A DNA stretch of 64,000 nt from Nocardioides sp. (GTDB lineage: Bacteria > Actinomycetota > Actinomycetes > Propionibacteriales > Nocardioidaceae): the NCBI GenBank assembly GCA_051306135.1, contig JBPPMQ010000158.1, forward strand, positions 429 to 64,428. Direction: 5' to 3'. A program made the position numbers and the translations under genes. The notes beneath the pieces were generated by a model, which saw only the letters and a list, made by a program, of their open reading frames with translations, searched no databases and was not told the DNA's origin. Position 1 is the first letter of the stretch. Each line of letters opens with the position of its first letter. Shown in pieces: positions 41,480 through 49,818 of the stretch.

Positions 41480-41598
41480 CCGGCCCGCCGAGTGGAAGGT
41501 CCCGGCCCGCCGAGTGGAAGGTCCCGGCCCGCCGAGTGGCGCGAACTGGCGGGCGCGGGGCCACGGGGTTCCACTCGCGGGGCCACGGGGTTCCACTC
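41480..41598. repeat. Second repeat family: about 2.7 direct 22-bp units (CCGGCCCGCCGAGTGGAAGGTC), a spacer, then two inverted 22-bp units (GGGGCCACGGGGTTCCACTCGC)
   Basis: Read directly. The shared core is GAGTGGAA / TTCCACTC. The array overlaps the hbd stop codon. Confidence 0.9.
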
Positions 41599-42757
41599 AA
41601 CCGTAGAGGTGGAAGCCCTTGCCGGTCTTGCGACCCAGCTCGCCGGCAGCCACCTTGGCCTCCAGCATCGCGGCTGGCGCGAAACCTGGCTCCTTGAACT
41701 CGGCGTACAGCTCCTGCTGGATCGCCAGCGAGACGTCGTTGCCGACCACATCGAGGAGTTCGAACGGCCCCATCGGCAGTCCGACCTCGGCCTTGATGGC
41801 CGCGTCGATATCAGCCATGTCCTCCCCCGACTCGAGAAGTTTCACCGCGTCGTTGAGGTAGGGGAACAACAGGCAGTTGACGATGAACCCGGACCTGTCG
41901 CCGCACGAGACCGCAACCTTCCCTGCGGAGGCGCAAAGCGCCCGAACAGTCTCATCGACGTCGGGGCTGGTGTGAGCGGTGGTGACTACCTCGACGAGCT
42001 TCATGACGGTCGCGGGGTTGAAGAAGTGCATCCCGATGACATCCTGGGGACGCGAGGTCACTTCGGCGAGCGCGGTGATCGGCATCGAGGAGGTCGTGGT
42101 AGCCAGGATCGCTCCGGGCTTGCAGATCCGGTCGAGGTCCTTGTAGAGCGCAGTCTTGATGGCCATGTCCTCCGCGATCGCCTCGACCACGAGGTCGACG
42201 TCGCCGAGGGCTTCGCGTTCGGTCGAGCCGGTGAGGCGTCCGAGCACGTTCGACTTGTCGTCCTCGGTCGCCCTGCCGCGCGCGATCGCCTTGTCCAGGG
42301 CCTTGCCGATCGCGGTCGCGACACCGGCGACCTTGTCCTCGCCACGGCCGACGTAGATCACGTCGTAGCCGGTCTGGGCGAAGACCTGAATGATCCCGGT
42401 GGCCATGGTGCCGGTGCCGACGACGCCCACCTTGGTGATCTCGTGGCGCAGTTCAGGGTGCGGGTTCTCTCCCGCGCCCGCAGCTCCGAGAGCGGTACCG
42501 GAGGATGCGGTGGCTACCAGCACTCCTGCTGGCGCGTGCAAGTTGTCGCCGGTCTCGGCATACCGCGCCGTGAGTACGTCGACCACCTTCGAGGCCGTCG
42601 TCTCGTCGATGACCGCGATCGGCCCCGCAGGGTAGCCGCAGCCGAATCGCATCCCATTGTCGATGTCGACCGCGGTCGCGTAGCCGGACTCCAACATCCG
42701 CGCCGCATGGTTGAGGTAGGGGTAGATCAGGGTCTGGGCGATCTGCTCCGGAGTCAT
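41597..42757 (-). CDS. 3-hydroxyacyl/3-hydroxybutyryl-CoA dehydrogenase with an extra N-terminal copy of the C-terminal domain
   Basis: [13 protein letters not shown] Rossmann motif and [16 protein letters not shown]. The N-terminal [32 protein letters not shown] parallels the C-terminal [32 protein letters not shown]. Confidence 0.88.
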   Translation of the reverse strand: MTPEQIAQTLIYPYLNHAARMLESGYATAVDIDNGMRFGCGYPAGPIAVIDETTASKVVDVLTARYAETGDNLHAPAGVLVATASSGTALGAAGAGENPHPELRHEITKVGVVGTGTMATGIIQVFAQTGYDVIYVGRGEDKVAGVATAIGKALDKAIARGRATEDDKSNVLGRLTGSTEREALGDVDLVVEAIAEDMAIKTALYKDLDRICKPGAILATTTSSMPITALAEVTSRPQDVIGMHFFNPATVMKLVEVVTTAHTSPDVDETVRALCASAGKVAVSCGDRSGFIVNCLLFPYLNDAVKLLESGEDMADIDAAIKAEVGLPMGPFELLDVVGNDVSLAIQQELYAEFKEPGFAPAAMLEAKVAAGELGRKTGKGFHLYG

Positions 42758-42823
42758 GGCGCAGATCCTGCCATCTACTACTGGCGAGTAACAGAGGCAG
42801 ACCGGTGACCGATATCACAAAGT

Positions 42824-42837
42824 CGCACAAATGTGCG
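42824..42837. promoter_or_regulatory. Candidate operator palindrome CGCACA-AA-TGTGCG about 20 bp upstream of nucS
   Basis: Perfect inverted repeat read directly. Its function is unknown. Confidence 0.25.
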
Positions 42838-42858
42838 GAGCAGGTAGATTCCCAGACC

Positions 42859-43545
42859 ATGAGACTCGTCGTCGCGCGGTGCCAGGTCGATTACGCGGGC
42901 AAGCTGACCGCCCACCTGCCGATGGCCACCCGGGTGCTGATGGTCAAGGCAGACGGCTCGGTGCTGATCCACTCCGACGGCGGTTCCTACAAACCGCTCA
43001 ACTGGATGCCACCCCCCTGCACGCTGCGCGAAGGAACCTGCGATGACGGCCAGATCGAGTGGACGGTGGCCGCCAGCAAGGGCGAGGACACCCTGCGCAT
43101 TCTCATCGAGGAAGTGCTCCACGACTCCACCCACGATTTGGGAGTCGACCCGGGGCTGCGCAAGGACGGCGTGGAGAAGCACCTCCAGGAACTGTTGGCC
43201 GAGCACCCCGCGACGCTGGCCGCAGGCCTGAATCTGGTGCGTCGCGAATTCATGACCCCGATCGGCCCGGTGGACCTGCTCTGCCGCGACACTGACGGGC
43301 TGTCGGTGGCGGTCGAGATCAAGCGCCGCGGCGAGATCGACGGGGTCGAGCAGTTGACCCGCTATCTCGACCTGATGAACCGCGATCCGCTGCTGACGAT
43401 CAAGGGGCCGGTCCGCGGCATCTTCGCCGCCCAAGAGATCAAGCCCCAGGCACGGACCCTGGCTACCGACCGCGGCATCGCCTGCGCCGTGGTCGACTAT
43501 GACGCCCTGCGCGGACTGGACGACCCCAGTCATCGCCTGTTCTGA
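42859..43545 (+). CDS. nucS: Endonuclease NucS (EndoMS, non-canonical mismatch repair)
   Basis: [21 protein letters not shown]...[16 protein letters not shown]...[28 protein letters not shown]. Confidence 0.93.
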   Translation: MRLVVARCQVDYAGKLTAHLPMATRVLMVKADGSVLIHSDGGSYKPLNWMPPPCTLREGTCDDGQIEWTVAASKGEDTLRILIEEVLHDSTHDLGVDPGLRKDGVEKHLQELLAEHPATLAAGLNLVRREFMTPIGPVDLLCRDTDGLSVAVEIKRRGEIDGVEQLTRYLDLMNRDPLLTIKGPVRGIFAAQEIKPQARTLATDRGIACAVVDYDALRGLDDPSHRLF

Positions 43546-43609
43546 AACCCGACCTCCGGGATCGATGGCTGTGCACTAGAGTCGCGGCCAGTCGGTGAAG
43601 GGGGAGTCC

Positions 43610-44830
43610 ATGCTGCGCTCGTGGCGTGTGGTGCTGGCGGGTGCGGTGCTGCTGACCGGGTGCCAGGAAGGCCCGACCGCGTGGACCCCGGCGCCGGGCC
43701 CATCCGCCACCGTGGTCGACCCGAGCGTGGTCGACCCGAGCGTGGTCGGCCCAGGGACGCCCGGCGGCAGCGCGCCGACGGCGGCACCCGAGCCGGAGCC
43801 CACCCGGGCCGTCTCGGACCTGCTGGTTACCGGTAACACCTTCTGGGGTCGCTACATCGATCAGCGATCAGCCGGCGACACCTCGTGGCCGTTCCAGGGC
43901 CTCGACGGCTTGAACCGGGAGTCCTATAACGCGTGGGTGTCCACTCTGGAGTGCCCCGCGGTCAATTCCGAGGACCCGTTCGAACTGCAAGAGACGATCC
44001 TGAAGTTCCACTGCAAGCCCGCCTATCTGGCCGACGCAGCCACCTGGTTCGACATCTTCAGCCTGGCCAACAACCACTCCGACAATCAGGGTCCCGAGGG
44101 ACTCCAGGCCACGCGCCGCAACCTGGACCGCGCCGGAATCGCCTCGTTCGGCGACCCGGACCCCGAGGTCCTCGACCGCGTCTGCAAGCCCATCGCGATC
44201 GAGGTCGAGACCGCCATCGACACTTCCGGTTGGCTGCCGATCGCGTTCTGCGGCTACCACGGTGTCTTCGTCATACCGAGCCAGCACTCGATCGACCAGA
44301 TCAGCGAATGGGGCGACCGGATCCCGGTCATCGCCATGCCCCACTCCGGCCTGGAATACGTCGCCGAGCCGGATTCCATCAAGACCGATCTCTACCGTGG
44401 GTTGATCGACGCCGGAGCGGACGCCGTCCTCGGCGACCACGCCCACTGGGTTCAGTCCACCGAGGCTTATCGGGGTCGGCTCATCGTCTACGGGATGGGC
44501 AACTTCATCTTCGACCAACAAGGCGATCTCGAAGTGCGCCGGTCCGCCGGGATCCACGTCCGGCTGATCACCGAGGACCCCAACCTGGATGCCTGGCTCG
44601 ACGTCGGCCGGGCCTGCGCCGTCCGGCCCGGGGCATGTGCCCAGATAGTGCGGGCCTCCGGTCTCCCCGAACTCGATGCCGCCCTTCGGTTCGGGGTGGT
44701 GGGCACTACCAATCCCGAGATGATCACCCGCCCCGCCTCACCCGGCCAGACCCAGGCGATCCTGGAGCGAATGCGCTGGAGTTCGACCATGGCCGGACTC
44801 ACCGAGCCACAAGGCCCGCTACCCCGCTGA
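43610..44830 (+). CDS. CapA-family (PGA_cap metallophosphatase-like) lipoprotein
   Basis: Lipobox LLTGC. FSLANNHSDNQGPEGLQAT and MPHSGLEY resemble CapA. Confidence 0.78.
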   Translation: MLRSWRVVLAGAVLLTGCQEGPTAWTPAPGPSATVVDPSVVDPSVVGPGTPGGSAPTAAPEPEPTRAVSDLLVTGNTFWGRYIDQRSAGDTSWPFQGLDGLNRESYNAWVSTLECPAVNSEDPFELQETILKFHCKPAYLADAATWFDIFSLANNHSDNQGPEGLQATRRNLDRAGIASFGDPDPEVLDRVCKPIAIEVETAIDTSGWLPIAFCGYHGVFVIPSQHSIDQISEWGDRIPVIAMPHSGLEYVAEPDSIKTDLYRGLIDAGADAVLGDHAHWVQSTEAYRGRLIVYGMGNFIFDQQGDLEVRRSAGIHVRLITEDPNLDAWLDVGRACAVRPGACAQIVRASGLPELDAALRFGVVGTTNPEMITRPASPGQTQAILERMRWSSTMAGLTEPQGPLPR

Positions 44831-44843
44831 CCCGGGCGCCCGG

Positions 44844-45614
44844 TCAGCCGCGCAACCGCACCGACAGGCAGGTCACACAACCCTCCAACTTCTCGAACTC
44901 GGAGATGTCCACGATGACGGGCTGATAGCCCATCGAGCGGAACTGGTCGGCCGTCGCGGGAGCAGAGGCAGCCATCAACAACTTGCCCTCGCCCAGCAGC
45001 ACCACGTGGGCGCCACTGGCCTCGGCGACCGCTTGGAAGGACCCGAACAGGTCCGGGTCGGTGACCAGCGGCTGGTAACCGATCACGGTGCCGTCGGGAA
45101 GCGCGGTGACCGCACTCTTGAGGTGCAGCACCTTGTCCTGCGGCGCCGCGATCACCTCCCAGCCCTCGGGCTCGAGCAAGGTGCGCAGTTGCTCGATCGC
45201 CTCGTCGTTGGTGCGCAGCGTGCGACCGACGAAGACCGTGCGACCGACCTTGAGGACGTCACCGCCGTCCAGAGTGCCGGGCTCGACAATCTCGGCAACC
45301 CGGTAGCCGGCGTCGCGGACAGCGTCTCGGGCGGTCGCGGTCTCGCCGCGCCGGACCTCGGCGCCGGACCGGGACACGACCGCCAGGTCGCCGTAGACGA
45401 CCACGGCGTCCTCGATGAACACCCCGTCGGGGAAGTCGTCGGCCGGAGCAACCTCGATGATCTCGAACCCGTGCGCCTGCAACGCCTCGACGTAGACCTG
45501 CCACTGAGCCAGGGCACGATCGACGTCGATTGCGGAGCGCGCGATGTGGGTGACCAGGCCCTCGGCGAGGCGAGGACTGGGGCGGCGAACCAGAGCGCGG
45601 TTGGGTGAGGTCAC
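44844..45614 (-). CDS. Dimethylarginine dimethylaminohydrolase (DDAH/amidinotransferase-fold) family protein
   Basis: DGVFIEDAVVV, GGDVLKVGRTVFVG.T.RTN, LHLKSAVT and the C-terminal catalytic Cys context EGCVTCLSVR. Confidence 0.85.
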   Translation of the reverse strand: MTSPNRALVRRPSPRLAEGLVTHIARSAIDVDRALAQWQVYVEALQAHGFEIIEVAPADDFPDGVFIEDAVVVYGDLAVVSRSGAEVRRGETATARDAVRDAGYRVAEIVEPGTLDGGDVLKVGRTVFVGRTLRTNDEAIEQLRTLLEPEGWEVIAAPQDKVLHLKSAVTALPDGTVIGYQPLVTDPDLFGSFQAVAEASGAHVVLLGEGKLLMAASAPATADQFRSMGYQPVIVDISEFEKLEGCVTCLSVRLRG

Positions 45615-45649
45615 CGGTCAAACCTATCGGGGCATGACACGATCTGCGG

Positions 45650-46234
45650 GTGCAGATCTTCCATATCGCCACCGTCGCAGACTGGACTCAGGCCCAACGC
45701 TCTGGGTTCTACCTGACCAGTTCGCGCGGCAAGACGTTGCAGGAGGAAGGCTTCATCCACGCCTCGCGGGCCGACCAGTGGGAGGGGGTGCGCTCACGCT
45801 ATTACGCCGACGTGGTCGAACCGCTGGTGCTGCTGGTCATCGACACCGACCTGCTCAGCGCCGAGTGGCGCGAAGACCCCGTCGGGGACGACACCTTCCC
45901 GCACATCTACGGCCCGCTGAACCCCTCAGCGGTCACCACTGCGGTTCCCCTCGCCCCGAGTACGCCGGCCGCGCCCCAGCCGAGGCCGGTTGCGGTCGAC
46001 CAGGGGCCGGCTCAGCCGGCGGGCACATCGTTTCGCCAAGAGATGTATCGCGAGATCTTCTTCCGGATCCTGCTGGTGCTGCTGGTGATGATCTGTGTCA
46101 TCACCGGCGGCACCATCGGGCGCCCGAGGCTGATGGGTGTGCTGATCGGAGCACTGGTGGGTGTGGTGGCCAGTTGGCTGTTGTTGCGCGGCTTCACCTC
46201 ACGCAACACCCGTCGCCTGAGCAGCCGTGGCTGA
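45650..46234 (+). CDS. DUF952 domain protein fused to a Pro-rich linker and two C-terminal TM helices
   Basis: MQIFHIATVADW...GFIHASRADQ...LVLLVID...FPHIYGPLN is the DUF952 pattern. The C-terminus has FFRILLVLLVMICVITGG and VLIGALVGVVASWLLL. Confidence 0.75.
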   Translation: MQIFHIATVADWTQAQRSGFYLTSSRGKTLQEEGFIHASRADQWEGVRSRYYADVVEPLVLLVIDTDLLSAEWREDPVGDDTFPHIYGPLNPSAVTTAVPLAPSTPAAPQPRPVAVDQGPAQPAGTSFRQEMYREIFFRILLVLLVMICVITGGTIGRPRLMGVLIGALVGVVASWLLLRGFTSRNTRRLSSRG

Positions 46235-46248
46235 CCGAGCCGAGCCTT

Positions 46249-46271
46249 GCCGGCGGCTCCTAGCCGCCGGC
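46249..46271. terminator. Bidirectional hairpin between the convergent DUF952 and ferritin genes
   Basis: GCCGGCGGCT-cct-AGCCGCCGGC forms a 10-bp perfect stem. Confidence 0.6.
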
Positions 46272-46790
46272 TCCGGCGATGGTCGGCGCAGTCGGGTCGG
46301 CTCCTCCGCTGCCCGTCTCGCGGGCGACGTAGGCCTCCAACTGTTCTAGTTCGTTCTGGTTGCGCTCGACCACGGCCAGCAGGTCGCTCATGGTGGCGAC
46401 CTCCTCGACCTGCTCGCGAATGAACCAGCCCATGAACTGCTCAGAGGCGAAGTCGACCTCGTCGCGCGCGATTCGGTAGAGGTCGCTGATCTGGTCGGTG
46501 ACCCGCTTCTCCTGTTCCAGCGCCAGCGCAACCGGGGCCACCACGTCGGCGAAGTCGTTGACGATCGCCGGCACTGCGGGGATCTCGACCTTCTGGTCGG
46601 TGTCGAGGAGGTACCGCACCATCATCATGGCGTGGTCGCGCTCCTCGAAAGCCTGCCGGTAGAAGAACGCCGCCATCTGCGGCAGTGTCAAGGCGTCGTA
46701 GTAGATCGCGCAGGCGAGATATTGATTGTGGGAAGCCAGTTCGTTGCCGATCTGGGCGTTGAGTTGGGTGACGAAGCGTTCAGCAACCAT
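46260..46790 (-). CDS. Ferritin (non-haem, BfrB-like)
   Basis: LNAQIGNELASHNQYLA...EERDHAMMMVRYL contains the ferroxidase-centre residues. Confidence 0.9.
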   Translation of the reverse strand: MVAERFVTQLNAQIGNELASHNQYLACAIYYDALTLPQMAAFFYRQAFEERDHAMMMVRYLLDTDQKVEIPAVPAIVNDFADVVAPVALALEQEKRVTDQISDLYRIARDEVDFASEQFMGWFIREQVEEVATMSDLLAVVERNQNELEQLEAYVARETGSGGADPTAPTIAGAGG

Positions 46791-46847
46791 GTCCGAACCC
46801 TATGCGATCGACGGCGTGATTCGATGGGGGCGGCAGCCGGAGTCGAC

Positions 46848-47057
46848 TCAGGCGGCTTTGCGCAGCTTCTTCTTGGTCACCTTGGTGCCGTCCACGCGCA
46901 CCAGTTTGCGTTTCTTGACGGTGTAGCCGGACGGGAGGGTGCCTTCCTTCAGCATCCGGATCGGGCACCGGTCGCATCTCTTCGTCGAGACGCAGCACTG
47001 GGTCTTCGGAAGTTTCGCAGCCTTGCCCACGCCGTCGAGGCTAACACACTTAGGCAA
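46848..47057 (-). CDS. Small Cys-rich, Lys-rich basic protein (69 aa from TTG 47057; alternative GTG start at 47030)
   Basis: Cys pattern C-x16-CC-x5-C-x2-C followed by the tail KKRKLVRVDGTKVTKKKLRKAA. Third codon positions are GC-rich, consistent with real coding. It is co-directional with ferritin, 57 bp upstream. Confidence 0.45.
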   Translation of the reverse strand: MPKCVSLDGVGKAAKLPKTQCCVSTKRCDRCPIRMLKEGTLPSGYTVKKRKLVRVDGTKVTKKKLRKAA

Positions 47058-47068
47058 GGCAGGCCTAA
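47050..47068. promoter_or_regulatory. Candidate IdeR/DtxR iron box
   Basis: TTAGGCAAGGCAGGCCTAA matches 14 of 19 positions of the TTAGGTTAGGCTAACCTAA consensus, with both TTAGG/CCTAA ends intact. Confidence 0.5.
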
Positions 47069-47095
47069 GTCACCGCGCCAGCCTGCTCATCGAGG

Positions 47096-49105
47096 TCAGG
47101 AGAGCCCGTTGACCCGGCGGATCACATCCACGAACGAGTCCATGATCTCGGTCATGCCGAAGTCCTTGGGTGTGTAGACCTCCGCGACGCCCAACTCCTT
47201 GAGCCGGGCGGCGTCCGACTCCGGGATGATGCCGCCGACGATGACCGGGATGTCGGAGATGCCCGACGCCTCCATGTGGGCGAGCACATCGGGCACCAAC
47301 TCCATGTGGGACCCGGACAGGATGGACAGGCCGACCAGGTGCACGTCCTCAGCGACGGCAGCCGACACGATCTGCTCCGGAGTGAGCCGAATGCCCTGGT
47401 AGATCACCTCGAAGCCAGCATCGCGGGCCCGCACGGCGATCTGCTCCGCGCCGTTGGAGTGGCCGTCCAAGCCAGGCTTGCCGATCAGCACCCGCAGTCG
47501 GTTGCCCAACTCCTCGCTGGTCTCCCGGACCCGCTCACGGACCTTCCTCAGGTCCTCGCCGGCCTCCGCAATCCCGACTGCGCCGGCCACCCCGGTCGGT
47601 GCCCGGAACTCGCCGAACACCCCACGCAGGGTGCCGGCCCACTCCCCGGTGGTGGCGCCCGCCCGGGCGGCCGCCAGGGTGTAGGGCATCAGGTTCTCGT
47701 CGGTCTTGGCCGCGGCCGCCAGCGCTGCCAGCGCCTCGTCGACGGCCGCTTGATCCCGCGCGGCCTTCCAGGAGTTCAACGATTCGATGGCGGCCGCCTC
47801 GGCCTCCGGGTCGGAGGTCTGGATGGCCGCGTCCAAGTCGGCGGTCAGCGGTGACGGCTCGGTGGTGGTGAACTTGTTGATGCCCACCACGATCTCGTCC
47901 CCCGCCTCGATCGCCGCTCGGCGACGGGCATGGGACGAGACCAGTTCGGACTTCATGTAGCCGGAGTCGACCGCAGCAATGGCGCCGCCCATCGCCTGCA
48001 CCCGGTCGATCTCGGCCTTGGCTCCCTCGATCAGCTCGGCGACCTTGGCCGCGACCACCGGCGAGCCGTCGAAGATGTCGTCATACTCCAACAGGTCGGA
48101 TTCGAAGGCGAGCACCTGCTGGAGCCGCAGCGACCATTGCTGGTCCCAGGGACGCGGCAGACCGAGCGCCTCGTTCCAGGCCGGCAACTGCACCGCGCGG
48201 GCGCGCGCCGTCTTCGACAGCGTGACCGCCAGCATCTCCAGCACGATCCGCTGCACGTTGTTCTCCGGTTGCGGCTCGGTCAGCCCGAGGGAGTTGACCT
48301 GCACGCCGTAACGGAAGCGCCGCATCTTCTCGTCGGTCACGCCGTAGCGCTCCCGGGTGATCTCGTCCCACAACTGGACGAAGGCGCGCATCTTGCACAT
48401 CTCCTCGATGAACCGCACGCCCGCGTTGACGAAGAACGAGATCCGGCCGACGACTCGTTCGAACTCGTCGTCGCTGACCTGACCGGACGCCTTGACGGCG
48501 TCGAGCACGGCGATCGCGGTGCTCATCGCGTAGGCGATCTCCTGGACCGGCGTCGCGCCCGCCTCCTGCAGGTGATAACTGCAGATGTTGATCGGGTTCC
48601 ACTTCGGGACGTTGTTGACCGTGTAGGCGATCACGTCGGAGATCAGCCGCATGGAGTGCTCGGGGCCGAAGACATAGGTCCCCCGCGACAGATACTCCTT
48701 GATGATGTCGTTCTGGGTGGTGCCGGCCAGTTGTCCGGCGACTTCGACCGGGTCCAGATCGGGGTTCTGCTCCTCAGCGACCACTTGGTAGAGCGCCAGC
48801 AACCACATCGCGGTGGCGTTGATCGTCATCGAGGTGTTCATCTCGGTCAACGGGATCTGGTCGAACAAGGTGCGCATCTCGCCCAGGTGCTGCACTGGTA
48901 CGCCGACCTTGCCGACCTCGCCGCGAGCCAGTGGGCTGTCGGGGTCGTAGCCGGTCTGGGTGGGCAGGTCGAAGGCGACCGACAGTCCGGTCTGGCCCTT
49001 GGCCAGATTGCCGCGATACAGCGCGTTGGACGCGGCGGCGGTCGAGTGCCCGGCGTAGGTCCGCATGACCCAGGGGCGGTCCTTGATGGGCTGAGTATCT
49101 GCCAT
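47096..49105 (-). CDS. meaA: Ethylmalonyl-CoA mutase (MeaA/Ecm), a B12-dependent acyl-CoA mutase
   Basis: DRPWVMRTYAGHSTAAASNALYRGNLAKGQTGLSVAFDLPTQTGYD and NICSYHLQEAGATPVQE closely follow Streptomyces MeaA as recalled. The C-terminal B12 domain contains GLDGHSNGAEQI. Confidence 0.88.
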   Translation of the reverse strand: MADTQPIKDRPWVMRTYAGHSTAAASNALYRGNLAKGQTGLSVAFDLPTQTGYDPDSPLARGEVGKVGVPVQHLGEMRTLFDQIPLTEMNTSMTINATAMWLLALYQVVAEEQNPDLDPVEVAGQLAGTTQNDIIKEYLSRGTYVFGPEHSMRLISDVIAYTVNNVPKWNPINICSYHLQEAGATPVQEIAYAMSTAIAVLDAVKASGQVSDDEFERVVGRISFFVNAGVRFIEEMCKMRAFVQLWDEITRERYGVTDEKMRRFRYGVQVNSLGLTEPQPENNVQRIVLEMLAVTLSKTARARAVQLPAWNEALGLPRPWDQQWSLRLQQVLAFESDLLEYDDIFDGSPVVAAKVAELIEGAKAEIDRVQAMGGAIAAVDSGYMKSELVSSHARRRAAIEAGDEIVVGINKFTTTEPSPLTADLDAAIQTSDPEAEAAAIESLNSWKAARDQAAVDEALAALAAAAKTDENLMPYTLAAARAGATTGEWAGTLRGVFGEFRAPTGVAGAVGIAEAGEDLRKVRERVRETSEELGNRLRVLIGKPGLDGHSNGAEQIAVRARDAGFEVIYQGIRLTPEQIVSAAVAEDVHLVGLSILSGSHMELVPDVLAHMEASGISDIPVIVGGIIPESDAARLKELGVAEVYTPKDFGMTEIMDSFVDVIRRVNGLS

Positions 49106-49235
49106 AGGGGTCACAATACGACCGAAGTTACCTGCGCGTAACGGGGCTGGGTGTGGAATATCCCACGCGATCGGGCCTTGCGGAACGGTGCACGAGCCCT
49201 GTGACCGCCGTCTCGGTTGCCCGTAGGGTGGCTGC

Positions 49236-49814
49236 ATGGTCAATCTCACCCGGATCTACACCCGCACCGGCGACGCCGGGACCACCCGCCTGGGCGACAT
49301 GTCGCAGACCTCGAAGACCGACTCCCGGTTGTCGGCGTACGCCGACGTGGACGAGGCCAACGCGAGCATCGGCGTGGTGTTGGCGGTCGGCGACCTCGAG
49401 GACGACGTGCGTGCTGTGCTGGTGCACATTCAAAACGACCTGTTCGATGTCGGCGCGGACCTGTGCACCCCGATCCCCGACCAGGACCCGGGCTACGAGC
49501 AGTTGCGGATCACCGGGGAGTATGTCGACCGGTTGGAGTCGTGGTGCGACCACTACAACGAGTCGCTGCCGAAGTTGCGCAGTTTCATCCTCAACGGCGG
49601 CACCCCGGCCGCCGCCCACCTGCACGTGGCGCGCACGGTGGCACGCCGCGCTGAGCGTTCGGCGTGGGCTGCCCATGCCGACCACGCCGAGACGATGAAC
49701 CCGGTCGCGATCACCTATCTCAACCGGCTCAGCGACCTGCTCTTCATCCTCGCCCGGCATGCCAACCGCGCCCTGGGCGACGTGCTGTGGGTGCCCGGCG
49801 GCGAGCGCGACTGA
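49236..49814 (+). CDS. ATP:cob(I)alamin adenosyltransferase, PduO type
   Basis: IYTRTGDAGTT.L......K.D.R..AYADVDEANA and LP.L.SFILNGG. Confidence 0.92.
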   Translation: MVNLTRIYTRTGDAGTTRLGDMSQTSKTDSRLSAYADVDEANASIGVVLAVGDLEDDVRAVLVHIQNDLFDVGADLCTPIPDQDPGYEQLRITGEYVDRLESWCDHYNESLPKLRSFILNGGTPAAAHLHVARTVARRAERSAWAAHADHAETMNPVAITYLNRLSDLLFILARHANRALGDVLWVPGGERD

Positions 49815-49818
49815 TCGC

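Noticed and set aside
49106-49235. Possible cobalamin riboswitch in the meaA / PduO divergent spacer.
   Set aside because: I could not find a B12-box-like GCCACTG element or the expected multi-stem arrangement. The spacer is only 130 bp and is shared by two promoters. A covariance-model scan would settle it.
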